Assembly: GCA_964016885.1 (NCBI GenBank)
Contig: OZ024764.1
Location: 8,246,001-8,310,000, forward strand
DNA: 64,000 bases
DNA from: Eledone cirrhosa
Taxonomy: Eukaryota
Direction: 5' to 3'
Positions 47,422 through 60,300 of the stretch are shown in pieces. A program made the translations under genes and the position numbers. The notes beneath the pieces were generated by a model. The model was not told the origin of the DNA and did not search any database. It saw nothing but the letters and a program-made list of their open reading frames with translations. Position 1 is the stretch's first letter; the number at the start of each line of letters is the position of its first letter.

Positions 47422-47540
47422 AATGGCCATATCGGGGACCTCCATAGAAGCTTCCGTAGCTTTGTATCCGAAGGCAAATGCCCCTCCGACTGTCAGGACA
47501 AAATTCACCACAGCTATTATCTGTAAATTCATGGCTTTTA
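47422..47540 (-). CDS. TMEM199: TMEM199 exon: (L)KAMNLQIIAVVNFVLTVGGAFAFGYKATEASMEVPDMAI
   Basis: tttcag|TA ... ATT|gtaagt; 119 nt, phase 1 to 0; NFxxTVxxAF first TM helix typical of TMEM199. Confidence 0.93.
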
Positions 47541-47616
47541 CTGAAATATGAAGACAAGAGAGGATATATAGGTTGCGTGGAAGGACAGTCCTCATTTAGA
47601 ATTGGTAATAACTTTA

Positions 47617-48732
47617 TTAACCTGTTAGCATTCAAACCGGTTGTATCTGGCCTGAGAATTCTGGCCAGATACAGCCGGTTTGAATGCTAAAGGGTTAAAT
47701 ATAAATATGAGTGGCCAGCTACAGCCAGTTTGAACAGACAGAGGTGAGAGAATTCTGGTCAGATACAACCGGTTTGAATGCTAAAGGGTTAAATATAAAT
47801 ATGAGTGACCAGTTACAGCCAGTTTGAACAGACAGAGGTGAGAGAATTCTGGTCAGATACAACCGGTTTGAATGCTAAAGGGTTAAATATAAATATGAGT
47901 GACCAGTTACAGCCAGTTTGAACAGACAGAGGTGAGAGAATTCTGGTCAGATACAACCGGTTTGAATGCTAAAGGGTTAAATATAAATATGAGTGACCAG
48001 TTACAGCCAGTTTGAACAGACAGAGGTGAGAGAATTCTGGTCAGATACAACCGGTTTGAATGCTAAAGGGTTAAATATAAATATGAGTGACCAGTTACAG
48101 CCAGTTTGAACAGACAGAGGTGAGAGAATTCTGGTCAGATACAACCGGTTTGAATGCTAAAGGGTTAAATATAAATATGAGTGACCAGTTACAGCCAGTT
48201 TGAACAGACAGAGGTGAGAGAATTCTGGTCAGATACAACCGGTTTGAATGCTAAAGGGTTAAATATAAATATGAGTGGCCAGCTACAGCCAGTTTGAACA
48301 GACAGAGGTGAGAGAATTCTGGTCAGATACAACCGGTTTGAATGTTAAAGGGTTAAATATAAATATGAGTGACCAGTTACAGCCAGTTTGAACAGACAGA
48401 GGTGAGAGAATTCTGGTCAGATACAACCGGTTTGAATGCTAAAGGGTTAAATATAAATATGAGTGACCAGTTACAGCCAGTTTGAACAGACAGAGGTGAG
48501 AGAATTCTAGTCAGATACAACCGGTTTGAATGCTAAAGGGTTAAATATAAATATGAGTGACCAGTTACAGCCAGTTTGAACAGACAGAGGTGAGAGAATT
48601 CTGGTCAGATACAACCGGTTTGAATGCTAAAGGGTTAAATATAAATATGAGTGACCAGCTACAGCCAGTTTGAACAGAACGAGGTGAGAGAATTCTGGCC
48701 AGACACAGCCAGTTTGAATGCTAAAGGGTTAA
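47617..48732 (-). repeat. 94-bp array (~11 copies) of the piggyBac-MITE left end, capped by a fold-back
   Basis: Each unit holds aatgctaaagggTTAA; 47617-47698 is an inverted pair of left ends. Confidence 0.93.
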
Positions 48733-49720
48733 TGTGATGTAGTGTTGTTCTGTACTAAATGTTTATAGTATCTGTCCACCAGGAAAGATTGTTAGTATCT
48801 TGTTAGTATCTTTCCTGGTGGACAGATTGTTCTGAAAATTTACAGTATTACAGTAAAGACTTTAAATATTTAATGTGATGTAGTCAGAGTGTTGTTTTGT
48901 ACTAAATGTTTATAGTATCTTTACTGGTGGACAGATTGTTGTGAACATTTACAGTATTACAGTAAAGACTTTAATATTTAATGTGATGTAGTCATAGTGT
49001 TGTTTTGTACTAAATGTTTATAGTATCTTTCCTGGTGGACAGATTGTTCTGAAAATTTACAGTATTACAGTAAAGACTTTAAATATTTAATGTGATGTAG
49101 TCAGAGTGTTGTTTTGTACTAAATGTTTATAGTATCTTTACTGGTGGACAGATTGTTGTGAACATTTACAGTATTACAGTAAAGACTTTAATATTTAATG
49201 TGATGTAGTCATAGTGTTGTTTTGTACTAAATGTTTATAGTATCTTTACTGGTGGACAGATTGTTGTGAACATTTACAGTATTACAGTAAAGACTTTAAT
49301 ATTTAATGTGATGTAGTCATAGTGTTGTTCTGTACTAAATGTTTATAGTATCTTTACTGGTGGACAGATTGTTGTGAAAATTTACAGTATTACAGTAAAG
49401 ACTTTAATATTTAATGTGATGTAGTCAGTGTTGTTTTGTACTAAATGTTTATAGTATCTTTCCTGGTGGACAGATTGTTATGAACATTTACAGTATTACA
49501 GTAAAGACTTTAATATTTAATGTGTTGTAGTCATAGTGTTGTTTTGTACTAAATGTTTATAGTATCTTTCCTGGTGGACAGATTGTTGTGAAAATTTACA
49601 GTATTACAGTAAAGACTTTAATATTTAATATGATGTAGTCATAGTGTTGTTTCGTACTTTAGAATGTTCCACTAATGTGGTTTCATATCTTTGTTAATTC
49701 AAATGTTTATAGTATCTTCA
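48732..49720. repeat. ~108-bp tandem repeat, ~8 copies
   Basis: taatgtgatgtagtcatagtgttgttttgtactaaatgtttatagtatcttt.ctggtggacagattg... at 48871, 48979, 49088. Confidence 0.93.
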
Positions 49721-49751
49721 CACAAAACTATAATCAGATTAAAATACTTAC

Positions 49752-49785
49752 ATTCCTTGCCAATATTCCCGTCCACGATCTTTTT
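49752..49785 (-). CDS. TMEM199: TMEM199 34-nt exon: KKIVDGNIGKE+
   Basis: cctttcag|AAA ... T|gtaagt; phase 0 to 1, exactly bridging the flanking exons. Confidence 0.85.
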
Positions 49786-50004
49786 CTGAAAGGAAACAAA
49801 TACAGAGACAGTTAGAAATAACCATTTAATGTCCATTTTACATTAGCATGGGTCAGACGAGATGTCCCATTGTGAAGCAAGGCAGGTCAGGTGACCGTAT
49901 CTTGCTCATACATATCTCTTTCTGATTTGGTTTCTACAGCTGGATGCCCTGCCTAAAACTGACCACATTACAGAGTGGACTGAGCACTTTTGCCATGACA
50001 CCAG

Positions 50005-50515
50005 CACTACCACTTTACAGAGTGTACTTGGTGTATTTTATCATGACACCAACACTACCACTTTACAGAGTGTACTGAGTGTATTTTACCATAACACCAA
50101 CACTACCACTTTACAGAGTGTACTGGGTGTATTTTACCATAACACCAACTCTACCACTTTACAGAGTGTACTGGGTGTATTTTACCATAACACCAACACT
50201 ACCACTTTACAGAGTGTACTGGGTGTATTTTACCATAACACCAACACTACCACTTTACAGAGTGTACTGGGTGTATCTTACCATAACACCAACACTACCA
50301 CTTTACAGAGTGTACTGGGTGTATTTTACCATAACACCAGCACTACCTCTTTACAGAGAGTACTGGGTGTATTTTACCATAACACCAACACTACCACTTT
50401 ACAGTGTACTGGGTGTATTTTACCATAACACCAACACTACCACTTTACAGAGTGTACTGGGTGTATTTTACCATAACACCAACACTACCACTTTACAGAG
50501 TGTACTGGGTGTATG
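50005..50515. repeat. 48-bp tandem repeat, ~11 copies, continuing from a SINE/RTE tail fragment (49815-50005)
   Basis: agagtgtactgggtgtattttaccataacaccaacactaccactttac. Confidence 0.93.
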
Positions 50516-50555
50516 CTATTGAGACACCAAGGGACTGGAAGTGTGAGCTACTTAC

Positions 50556-50645
50556 AGTTCTGTGGACATTCCGTGTCATCTGCCTATACTCTCTGTCATC
50601 AGCTTCTTTCTTTAGTCTTTGGATTCTGGTCTCCAGTTCTACACT
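50556..50645 (-). CDS. TMEM199: TMEM199 exon: SVELETRIQRLKKEADDREYRQMTRNVHRT
   Basis: tctag|AGT ... ACT|gtaagt; 90 nt, phase 0 to 0; matches the Vma12 ELxxRLxxL....EYxxMTRNV motif. Confidence 0.93.
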
Positions 50646-50689
50646 CTAGATAGACAGATAGATATATAGACATATAGATAGATAGATAA

Positions 50690-51245
50690 ATTTCTTTATT
50701 AGCCACAAGGGCACAAAAGAAGGGGACAAATACAAATGGGGAGTTTACATACAGGTATATGAAAATAAAACTATTAATACAATAACAAATAACAATTGAA
50801 ATCCCCAATAGGGGGGAGGCGTTACACAGGGGTTGTACACACCCCGAAAAAATGTACAAACCTCAACTCCAGGAGTACGAAGAGTTTGTACCCCTTTCCT
50901 CTCTTCCTCTTTTTCCTCAACCTACAGGCTGATATAGAGAGAAGGCCCATTCACTCGGGCCATTCTCGCCACTTTCACCCACCTTTCATAAAACTTGCTG
51001 GGGTACAGCACCTCTCCCTCCATCCTGACTCTTCTTCCAAAGTGGTATTTGAAAAACAGAATCAGTTGTTGGCCGAAGAGAAAGGTGTCTGACCTCAGCC
51101 CTTTTAACCTTGTCCACCATACAACCTCTTTCGCCATAGCTATCACACAGAGGAAAACTGCCTCTCCTTTGTTTTTGAAGGAGGGTGGCGGTTTGATCAT
51201 GACAATGGAATCGGTGGTCAACTGGATTGGTCCCACCCGCGACTA
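50690..51245 (-). mobile_element. Tx1/L1-like LINE 3' end inside a (GATA/GACA)n tract
   Basis: VFLCVIAMAKEVVWWTRLKG..FFKYH..FYERWVKVARM resembles the Tx1 ORF2 C-terminus; AATAAA near its 3' end; microsatellite on both flanks. Confidence 0.65.
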
Positions 51246-51294
51246 TAGATAGGTAGATAGATAGATAGACAGACAGAAAGATAGACAGATAGAC

Positions 51295-52440
51295 AGTTGC
51301 TTGCTGTAAGTTGTCACACAAGTACTTCCAGTTATCCTCTATATCATACAATTCTAATTCGTTGTCTTTCTCATCATACACATCTTGAAGGGCTTTCATA
51401 AATTTATATTTAAGTGAAAGGTCTTTTAGCTTCCAGACCTTCCTTTACGATACATTCCTGTGGTTCTCATTCTTCATATTGAGATGTCACTAACGACTAA
51501 CCAGTGTTGGGGGAGTACATTCTTCCCCAGGGTATACCTTAGTATTCAAAACCATCTATCTGTCTTGTTGCCTTACTAGCAACAAGTCAATCTGGCTTAT
51601 GGTCTCACCTGGTTGGTAGCTTATTAGGTGATTGGCAGGTTTCCTGAAGTTAGTGTTGCAAATGGTTAGATCACTTGCATCGCCAACATTCAAGAAGCCT
51701 CACTCCGTTTCTTGAGCCATAACCATGACCACCATGTACCCCAGTGTATCCATCCTGGAGCTGTCCAACGTGACCATTAAAGTCCCCTGCTAGTATGACT
51801 AGGTCTCTGTCCTCTGTCATTATGGTTGTCTCTAGAAGTTGCTCGTTAAAGCGTTCCTTCTCTTCTTTACCTAGGCTCACCTGGGGAGCATAGGTAGAGA
51901 TAATTGTCAGCAGTCTCTTGCCTGCAACTAATCTAATCTTAATTATTCTATTACTGACTCTAACTACCTCTACTGTCTTGTCACTCCACTTCTTGGCCAG
52001 TAAAATGCCTACCCTACCTAACACATCATCATTTCCTGCCCAGAGAAGATTATAGCTAAGATGTTTGCCTGCAATTATCCTTGTTGGGGCACTTCTCCAT
52101 CTCACCTCTTGTATGCAGCACACATCCACATATCTTTTCTCTAGAATTTGCTCGTTAAAGAGTCCTTCTCTTCTTTACCTAGGCCTGCTTGGGGAGCATA
52201 GGTAGAGATGATTGTCACCAGTCTCTTGCCTACAACTAATCTAATCTTAATGATTCTACTACTGACTCTAACTACCTCTATTGTCTTGTCAGTCCACTTC
52301 TCGGGCATTAAAATACCTACCCCACCTAACCCACCATCATTTACTACCCAGAGAAGCTTATAGCTAAGATGTTTGCCTGCTATCTCACCTTTTGCACGCA
52401 TCCACGTCTTCTCCCTAGGATCTCCACATCTCACCAGATC
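51295..52440 (-). mobile_element. RTE APE-endonuclease fragments, partly duplicated
   Basis: DVCCIQEVRW, IISTYAPQ, LAGDFNGHVG, GVHGGHGYG, LTICNTNF, SQIDLL; 51835-52072 duplicated at 52147-52381. Confidence 0.9.
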
Positions 52441-52631
52441 TATCTATATATATATATCAGATGTTAGCTGTCAGGACACTGCATCCTTCAAAACTTCCAT
52501 GCTTCCCTAAATTCACCAACACTACACCTGATATTCTCCCTCCATACACATGCACACATGTATCTGTGTGTATAACATGACTGTTGCATACACTGTTCAC
52601 TTTCCTGATATTTCTACATTATTCTATGTAA

Positions 52632-52815
52632 GGGTGGTGGATTGGCAGTATCGGTAAAGGGTCGGACGCCATGCTTTCTAGCATAGTTACGTCCCTTTAC
52701 AGGCTGAGTTCAAATCCCACCGAGGTTAACTTTGCCTTTCATCCTTACGGCGTTGATAAAATAAAGTACCAGTAATGTACTGGGTAATTGCTGGCCTTGT
52801 GCCAAATGTAGAAAC
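52632..52815 (+). mobile_element. SINE family B
   Basis: ggattggcagtatcggtaaag..gagttcaaatccc..tttgcctttcatccttacggcgttgataaaataaagtaccag. Confidence 0.8.
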
Positions 52816-53029
52816 AATTATTCTATGTACTATACATGCACCTTTGATGAGTTGTAGTGCACCCGAGCACTCTACATAATTTTGCTTATTATTATTTTAT
52901 TATTATACATACACATATACATTTACATATTATATATAATAAAACAAGGACGAATGGCTACTCCTTCATTACGTTTAGTAGTGTGTGTAGTGTGTATATT
53001 GATATTATACGCAAGTATATATAATAATA

Positions 53030-53750
53030 ATAATAATAATGAAATTATTGTGTACAGTGCTCAGGTGCACTACAACTCATCAAAGGTGCATGTATAGTAC
53101 ATAGAATAATGTACAAATGTCAGGAAAATAAACAGTGTATGAGTCATGATATAATAACAATAACGAAATATTGTGCACAGTGCCCAGGTGCACCACAACT
53201 CATCAAAAAAGTGCATGTACAGTACATAGGGCAATGCACAAACATCAGTAAAATGAACAGTGCACGAGTCATGATACACGCGTGTGCATGTGTATGGAAG
53301 GGGTACATCAGGTGTAGTTTTGGCGTATTTTGGGAAGCATGAGTGTCTTAAAGGATGCAGTGTCTCGGCAGCTAACAATTGACGCAGGCAGTTTGTTCCA
53401 TGCTTCAGCAACTCTGAGCGTGAAAAAATGTGTGCGAAAGTCATGGGAGCTGTGCTGTTTTCTTATCTTGTAGGCATGTCCACGTGTGTTAGACACATGG
53501 AGATCAAAGAGGCGCTCAGGGTTGCAGTTGGCGAGATGGTTAAAAACTTTGTGGGTATTCACCAAGTCCATTGCCAGACGTCGGAGCTTCAATGAATCCA
53601 TGCCCAGGGAAGCAAGGCGTTCAGAGTAAGGTAGGTGTCTGATGGAGGGTATGCGCTTGGTTGCACGTCTCTGAACAGTTTCCAGGAGGTCAATGTTCCG
53701 AGCAAGATAGGGGTTCCAGACTGATGATGCGAATTCCAAGTGTAGATACA
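53030..53750 (-). mobile_element. CR1/L2-type LINE 3' end
   Basis: HLEFASSVWNPY..LLETVQRRATK..YSERL..TRGH..FFTLRVAEAWNKLP; (TTA)n tail; inverted 3' UTR pieces at 52480-52890. Confidence 0.9.
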
Positions 53751-53789
53751 TCAAATAAAATCAAATACATCAAATAATTGACAATAAAC

Positions 53790-54920
53790 ACAAAAATTGA
53801 ACGAAGACTGTGTTACACTCTCTTATGTAATCAATAATCCGCCATTGGCTTTGATGACGGTCTCGGAACGGGCTACAGGCCTTTGTCACTGTCCACCCCG
53901 ACTTAGCTTTCAGATCGTCTTTCGTATTGCAGCTAGATCTGTTGGTGCCTCGTTCCACTGCGCCCCACACAAAGAAGTTGAGGGGTCAGGTGAGCTGGAA
54001 GGCCAGACGTCAGGTGAGGTCTTTCGGCTGGTATGGCAGGAGGCTGAGTCTTGCTGCCACACGTACGAGCTACCTGGTCAATTCAGGGCTTTACTACCTC
54101 ACTCAGAACGCGGATGTAGCCATCGGTGTTCAGCTTCAGGCCCTCTGAGAAGAAGTGAGGTGGCATGACATCACCTTGACTGCTGACGACACCTAACACC
54201 AATGTTGTCGCTGGAAACTTTGTCTGCATTACTCTGGGCACGTCTTTGGATGAGACAGTGAGCCACCTGTTGTTCTGGGAGTTGATCTTCTAGTCTTGGC
54301 AGAAGTTTTTCTCGTCGGAGAAAAACCACAGCATGTCTGGCTCCAGTGGGTGTTTCAACTTGTTGACGAGCTTTTTTGCGTGCTTCAGTCACTTTTCTTG
54401 CATTGCCTTTGACAGAAATTGTCCTTTCCTTGTCTTGTATGAATCGTAGCAAATGTCTTCATGTACCACCAACCTAATGAGCTTTTAACCCACGCCTTTC
54501 TCCCTTGAAATGGCACGCATAGACTTGCTAGGTTCATTGTTGATGATATCCTGAACTTCAGCGACAAACTCGGGCGTTCTAAAGGCGTCAGATCGTTGAT
54601 CATGTGTTTTCCTCTCTGATGTTGCTTCGTAGTCGAATCCTGAATCTTCCAATTCCTTTCTGACCTTTTCCACCATTCTCCTTCTGACGCTGATAAAGTC
54701 TGAAATTTCCTTATTTGTCCTCCCGGCGCGGATTCTAAGAAGAACTCCGTGTCTCTTCCACAAATTTGGAGGTTCAAAATTATTCATAATCAATTATTCT
54801 GAAGATAAATAATGGAAATATAGTCACTGTTTTTATGAAGACAAGAGTGACAACGGAAGTAAAAAAATTTTGCATAAAATTAGCAGTTGAAAATTGCAAA
54901 CAAATATCGTCCACACCTTG
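53790..54920 (-). mobile_element. Tc1/mariner (DD37D maT-like) decayed copy
   Basis: Same 5' TIR and leader as 29200-30081; retains N-terminal HTH region and FFSDEKTS (54295-54710) missing from the other copy. Confidence 0.88.
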
Positions 54921-54990
<70 letters not shown>

Positions 54991-55025
54991 AGAGGGGGGG
55001 GGGGTAAACAATAACATGAACTCAC

Positions 55026-55105
55026 CCTTTGTGGAGGTTTATATTCCTGGAGGTACAACTCAGAATCTTTCATGACTTCATGGATGTAAATAGGTACTGC
55101 CCTAG
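55026..55105 (-). CDS. TMEM199: TMEM199 exon: (A)RAVPIYIHEVMKDSELYLQEYKPPQR
   Basis: Donor AGG|gtgagt, phase 0 into SVELETR; matches YLHELLxGSEIYLP..PPR. Acceptor ambiguous (55105, 55101 or 55096) after a (TTTC)n tract. Confidence 0.88.
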
Positions 55106-55199
55106 CTGGAGCAGTCATATAAGAAAGAAAGAAAGAAAGAACAAGCATGAAATCAATGTCGGCAAGGTCAGTGTTTAGTAGCTTCCTTTCATCATATGT

Positions 55200-55690
55200 G
55201 GAGGTTCAGTCTTTTGAAATCAGCTCCCATCATTTCTACGATGGTCTTCCTCTACAGCAGCTTCCTTCCACTGGGATTTCTTGACACTTTTCCACCTACC
55301 AATCACCATCCTTACACATCACATGTCTATACCAGTGCAGTCTTCTCTCCTGCACACTACATCTGATTCCTCTTATACCTAATTTTTCTCTCTGCCCTAG
55401 TCTTCCTTCCACTGGGAACTCCTGGCAATTCTTCACCTACTAATGATCAGCCATACACATCACATGTCTATACCAGTGCAGTCTTCTCTCCTGCACGCTA
55501 CATCTGATTCCTCTTATATCCAGTTTTCTCTGCCCAGGTCTTCCTCTACAGCAGCTTCCTTCCACTGGGAACTCCTGGCAATTCTTCACCTACTAATGAT
55601 CTGCCATACACATCACATGTCTATACCAGTGCAGTCTTCTCTCCTGCACACAGATTTCTCTTATACCCAGTTTTTCATTTTATCATTCCA
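55200..55690 (-). mobile_element. RTE fragment with ~140-150 bp segment triplicated
   Basis: KLGIRGIRCSVQERRLHWYRHVMC..PVEG units; cttccttccactggga at 55261, 55403, 55556. Confidence 0.8.
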
Positions 55691-56092
55691 TGAAAGTATC
55701 CTAGTCAGTCTATGACCTTTTCAGCTGACCCCCGTACTCTCATGTCTGGCATAATCATCCCCCCCTCCTCCCAATTAATGTTTCACTGCGATACTGGTCC
55801 CCAGCCAAGTGTTGGAAACTATATATTTACTACACTGTTAAGTCTTGATGTAGACATTATCATCACCATTTAGGGTCCATTGCATGGGTTAGACAGGTCA
55901 TCCATGTTGGGAGACAAGTCAGGCCAGAGTTGGCCACACCGTACCTCGCTCTAATGAGGGCAGTAAATTTGGCCGGGTATTTTACAGCTGGATGCCCTTC
56001 CTAGCACCAACCACATTTACAGTGTGGAACTATTTATGAAGATATATGATCTCACGCGCCCGACATTTGATCTTTTTATTAGTATATACAAT

Positions 56093-56470
56093 GGAGGCAC
56101 ATGGCTTAGTGGTTAGAGCATTGGCCTTGCAATCGAAAGGTTGTGAATTCAATTCTCAGACCGGGTGATGTGTTGTTTCCTTGAGCAAGGCACTTTATTT
56201 CACATTGCTACAGTTTACTCAGCTGTAGAAACGAGATGATAGGGCTGGGTTCCCTATCGTTCCACTACAAAGTGGTCGTGGAGGTGCCACGGCAAAAAAG
56301 CACCCAGCCCACACTGTAAAGTGGACGTGTAGGCGCCACGGAAAAAAAGCACCCAGCACTCACTGTAAATGAGGTTGGTGTTAGGAAGGGCATCCAGCTG
56401 TAGAAATCAAGCCAGAATCAGTTCCCATCCCACCCTTGCAAGCAGGGAAAAGCGGACGTAAAATGAAATG
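56093..56470 (+). mobile_element. SINE family A, full length
   Basis: tRNA-like head, core, and tail cccacccttgcaagcagggaaaagcggacgtaaaatga shared with RTE 3' ends. Confidence 0.88.
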
Positions 56471-56886
56471 ATAATGAAATGATGATACAAATTATAGAAT
56501 AATTTACTTCAAGCAAAACATTAACCCTTTAGCATTTAAACCGGCCATATCTGGCTAGAATTCTCTCACCTCTTTCTGTTCAAACCAGCCGCTTATACTG
56601 ATGTTAACCCTTTAGTATTTAAACCGGCCAGAATTCTCTCACCTCTTTCTGTTCAAACCAGCCATAACTGGCCGCTCATACTGATGTTAACCCTTTAGCA
56701 TTTAAACCAGCCATATCTGGCTAGAATTCTCTCACCTCTTTCTGTTCAAACCAGCCATAACTGGCCGCTCATACTGATGTTAACCCTTTAGCATTTAAAC
56801 CGACCATATCTAGCTAGAATTCTCTCACCTCTTTCTGTTCAAACCAGCCATAACTGGCCGCTCATACTGATGTTAACACTTTAGAC

Positions 56887-57174
56887 CGGGCATGGGCAAC
56901 CTTTTTTGAGAAGTGAGCCGCATGAGATATGGTTCATCATCAGGTGGGCCACAAAAGCTAATTTTCATTTGTGCCCACATTAAAAAAAGGGCAGGTAACT
57001 CAGGTTGTTTTGATTTGTTTCTTCAGAATTCCTATATGTTTTCCTCGATCGTAAAAATGACAGAAAGATAAATTACGACTGAAAAGTTGGGATAAAAATA
57101 TCAGAAAGATTTTACTTAGGTGACTTAGGGGAGCCATTCAGAAATATCCACGGGTCGCAGGTTGCCCACAACTG
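56887..57174. mobile_element. hAT-like MITE
   Basis: Imperfect TIRs cgggcatgggcaacc / ggttgcccacaactg; flanks ctttagac and ctttagca (8-bp TSD, 6/8). Confidence 0.65.
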
Positions 57175-57305
57175 CTTTAGCATTTAGACCGGCTGTATCT
57201 GGCCAGAATACTCACTTCTATCTGTTCAAACCAGCTTAACTAGCTGTACATACTGATGTTATGGTATTGTTCTCAAAATAATAGCATCAAAATCTTGTAG
57301 ATTCA

Positions 57306-60300
57306 ATATTATGTGAGGTAAAGCTTTTACAGTGAAAATAAAATAGTATATATAGAATAATGTAAATGTTATGTGAGATATTATGTGAGGTAAAGCCTCT
57401 ACTGTGAAAATACAATAGCATATATAGAGTAATGTAAATGTTATGTGAGATATTATGTGAGGTAAAGACTTTACTGTGAAAATACAATAGTATATATAGA
57501 ATAATGTAAATGTTATGTGAGATATTATGTGAGGTAAAGCCTTTACTGTGACAATACAATAGTATATATAGAGTAATGTAAATGTTATGTGAAGTAAAGC
57601 CTTTACTGTGAAAATACAATAGTATATATAGAATAATGTAAATGTTATGTGAGATATTATGTGAGGTAAAGCTTTTACTGTGAAAATACAATAGTATATA
57701 TAGAGTAATGTAAATGTTATGTGAGATATTATGTGAGGTAAAGCCTTTAATGTGACAATACAATAGTATATATAGAGTAATGTAAATGTTATGTGAGGTA
57801 AAGCCTTTACTGTGACAATACAATAGTATATATAGAGTAATGTAAATGTTATGTGAGATATTATGTGAGGTAAAGCCTTTAATGTGACAATACAATAGTA
57901 TATATATATAGAGTAATGTAAATGTTATGTGAGATATTATGTGAGGTAAAGCCTTTAATGTGACAATACAATAGTATATATAGAGTAATGTAAATGTTAT
58001 GTGAGATATTATGTGAGGTAAAGCCTTTACTGTGAAAATACAATAGTATATATAGAGTAATGTAAATGTTATGTGAGATATTATGTGAGGTAAAGCCTTT
58101 AATGTGACAATACAATAGTAAATATAGAGTAATGTAAATGTTATGTGAGATATTATGTGAGGTAAAGCCTTTACTGTGACAATACAATACTATATATAGA
58201 GTAATGTAAATATTATGTGAGGTATTATGTGAGGTAAAGCCTTTACTGTGACAATACAATAGTATATATAGAGTAATGTAAATGTTATGTGAGATATTAT
58301 GTGAGGTAAAGCCTTTACTGTGACAATACAATAGTATATATAGAGTAATGTAAATGTTATGTGAGGTATTATGTGAGGTAAAGCCTTTACTGTGACAATA
58401 CAATAGTATATATAGAGTAATGTAAATGTTATGTGAGGTATTATGTGAGGTAAAGCCTTTACTGTGACAATACAATAGTATATATAGAGTAATGTAAATG
58501 TTATGTGAGATATTATGTGAGGTAAAGCCCTTACTGTGACAATACAATAGTATATATAGAGTAATGTGAATGTTATGTGAGATATTATGTGAGGTAAAGC
58601 CTTTACTGTGAAAATACAATAGTATATATAGAGTAATGTAAATGTTATGTGAGGTATTATGTGAGGTAAAGACTTTACTGTGACAATACAATAGTATATA
58701 TAGAGTAATGTAAATGTTATGTGAGGTATTATGAGAGGTAAAGCCTTTACTGTGACAATACAATAGTATATATAGAGTAATGTAAATGTTATGTGAGGTA
58801 TTATGTGAGGTAAAGCCTTTACTGTGACAATACACTAGTATATATAGAGTAATGTAAATGTTATGTGAGATATTATGTGCGGTAAAGCCTTTACTGTGAA
58901 AATACAATAGTATATATAGAGTAATGTAAATGTTATGTGAGATATTATGTGAGGTAAAGTCTTTACTATGGAAATACAATAGTATATATAGAGTAATGTA
59001 AATGTTATGTGAGATATTATGGGAGGTAAAGCCTTTACTGTGAAAATACAATAGTATATATAGAGTAATGTAAATGTTATGTGAGATATTATGTGAGATA
59101 AAGCCTTTACTGTGAAAATACATATATATAGAGTAATGTAAATGTTATGTGAGGTATTATGTGAGGTAAAGCCGTTACTGTGAAAATACAATAGTATATA
59201 TAGAGTAATGTAAATGTTATGTGAGATATTATGTGAGGTAAAGCCTTTACTGTGAAAATACAATAGTATATATAGAGTAGTGTAAATGTTATGTGAGGTA
59301 AAGCCTTTACTGTGAAAATACAATAGTATATATAGAGTAATGTAAATGTTATGTGAGATATTATGTGAGATAAAGCCTTTACTGTGAAAATACAATAGTA
59401 TATATAGAGTAGTGTAAATGTTATCTGAGGTAAAGCCTTTACTGTGAAAATACAATAGTATATATAGAATAATGTAAATGTTATGTGAGATATTATGTGA
59501 GGTAAAGCTTTTACTGTGAAAATACAATAGTATATATAGAGTAATGTAAATGTTATGTGAGATATTATGTGAGGTAAAGCCTTTAATGTGACAATACAAT
59601 AGTATATATAGAGTAATGTAAATGTTATGTGAGGTAAAGCCTTTACTGTGACAATACAATAGTATATATAGAGTAATGTAAATGTTATGTGAGATATTAT
59701 GTGAGGTAAAGCCTTTAATGTGACAATACAATAGTATATATATATAGAGTAATGTAAATGTTATGTGAGATATTATGTGAGGTAAAGCCTTTAATGTGAC
59801 AATACAATAGTATATATAGAGTAATGTAAATGTTATGTGAGATATTATGTGAGGTAAAGCCTTTACTGTGAAAATACAATAGTATATATAGAGTAATGTA
59901 AATGTTATGTGAGATATTATGTGAGGTAAAGCCTTTAATGTGACAATACAATAGTAAATATAGAGTAATGTAAATGTTATGTGAGGTATTATGTGAGGTA
60001 AAGCCTTTACTGTGACAATACAATACTATATATAGAGTAATGTAAATATTATGTGAGGTATTATGTGAGGTAAAGCCTTTACTGTGACAATACAATAGTA
60101 TATATAGAGTAATGTAAATGTTATGTGAGATATTATGTGAGGTAAAGCCTTTACTGTGACAATACAATAGTATATATAGAGTAATGTAAATGTTATGTGA
60201 GGTATTATGTGAGGTAAAGCCTTTACTGTGACAATACAATAGTATATATAGAGTAATGTAAATGTTATGTGAGATATTATGTGAGGTAAAGCCCTTACTG

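Noticed and set aside
56093-56165. tRNA gene
   Set aside because: Stems do not close and it continues into SINE core and tail; three dispersed copies.
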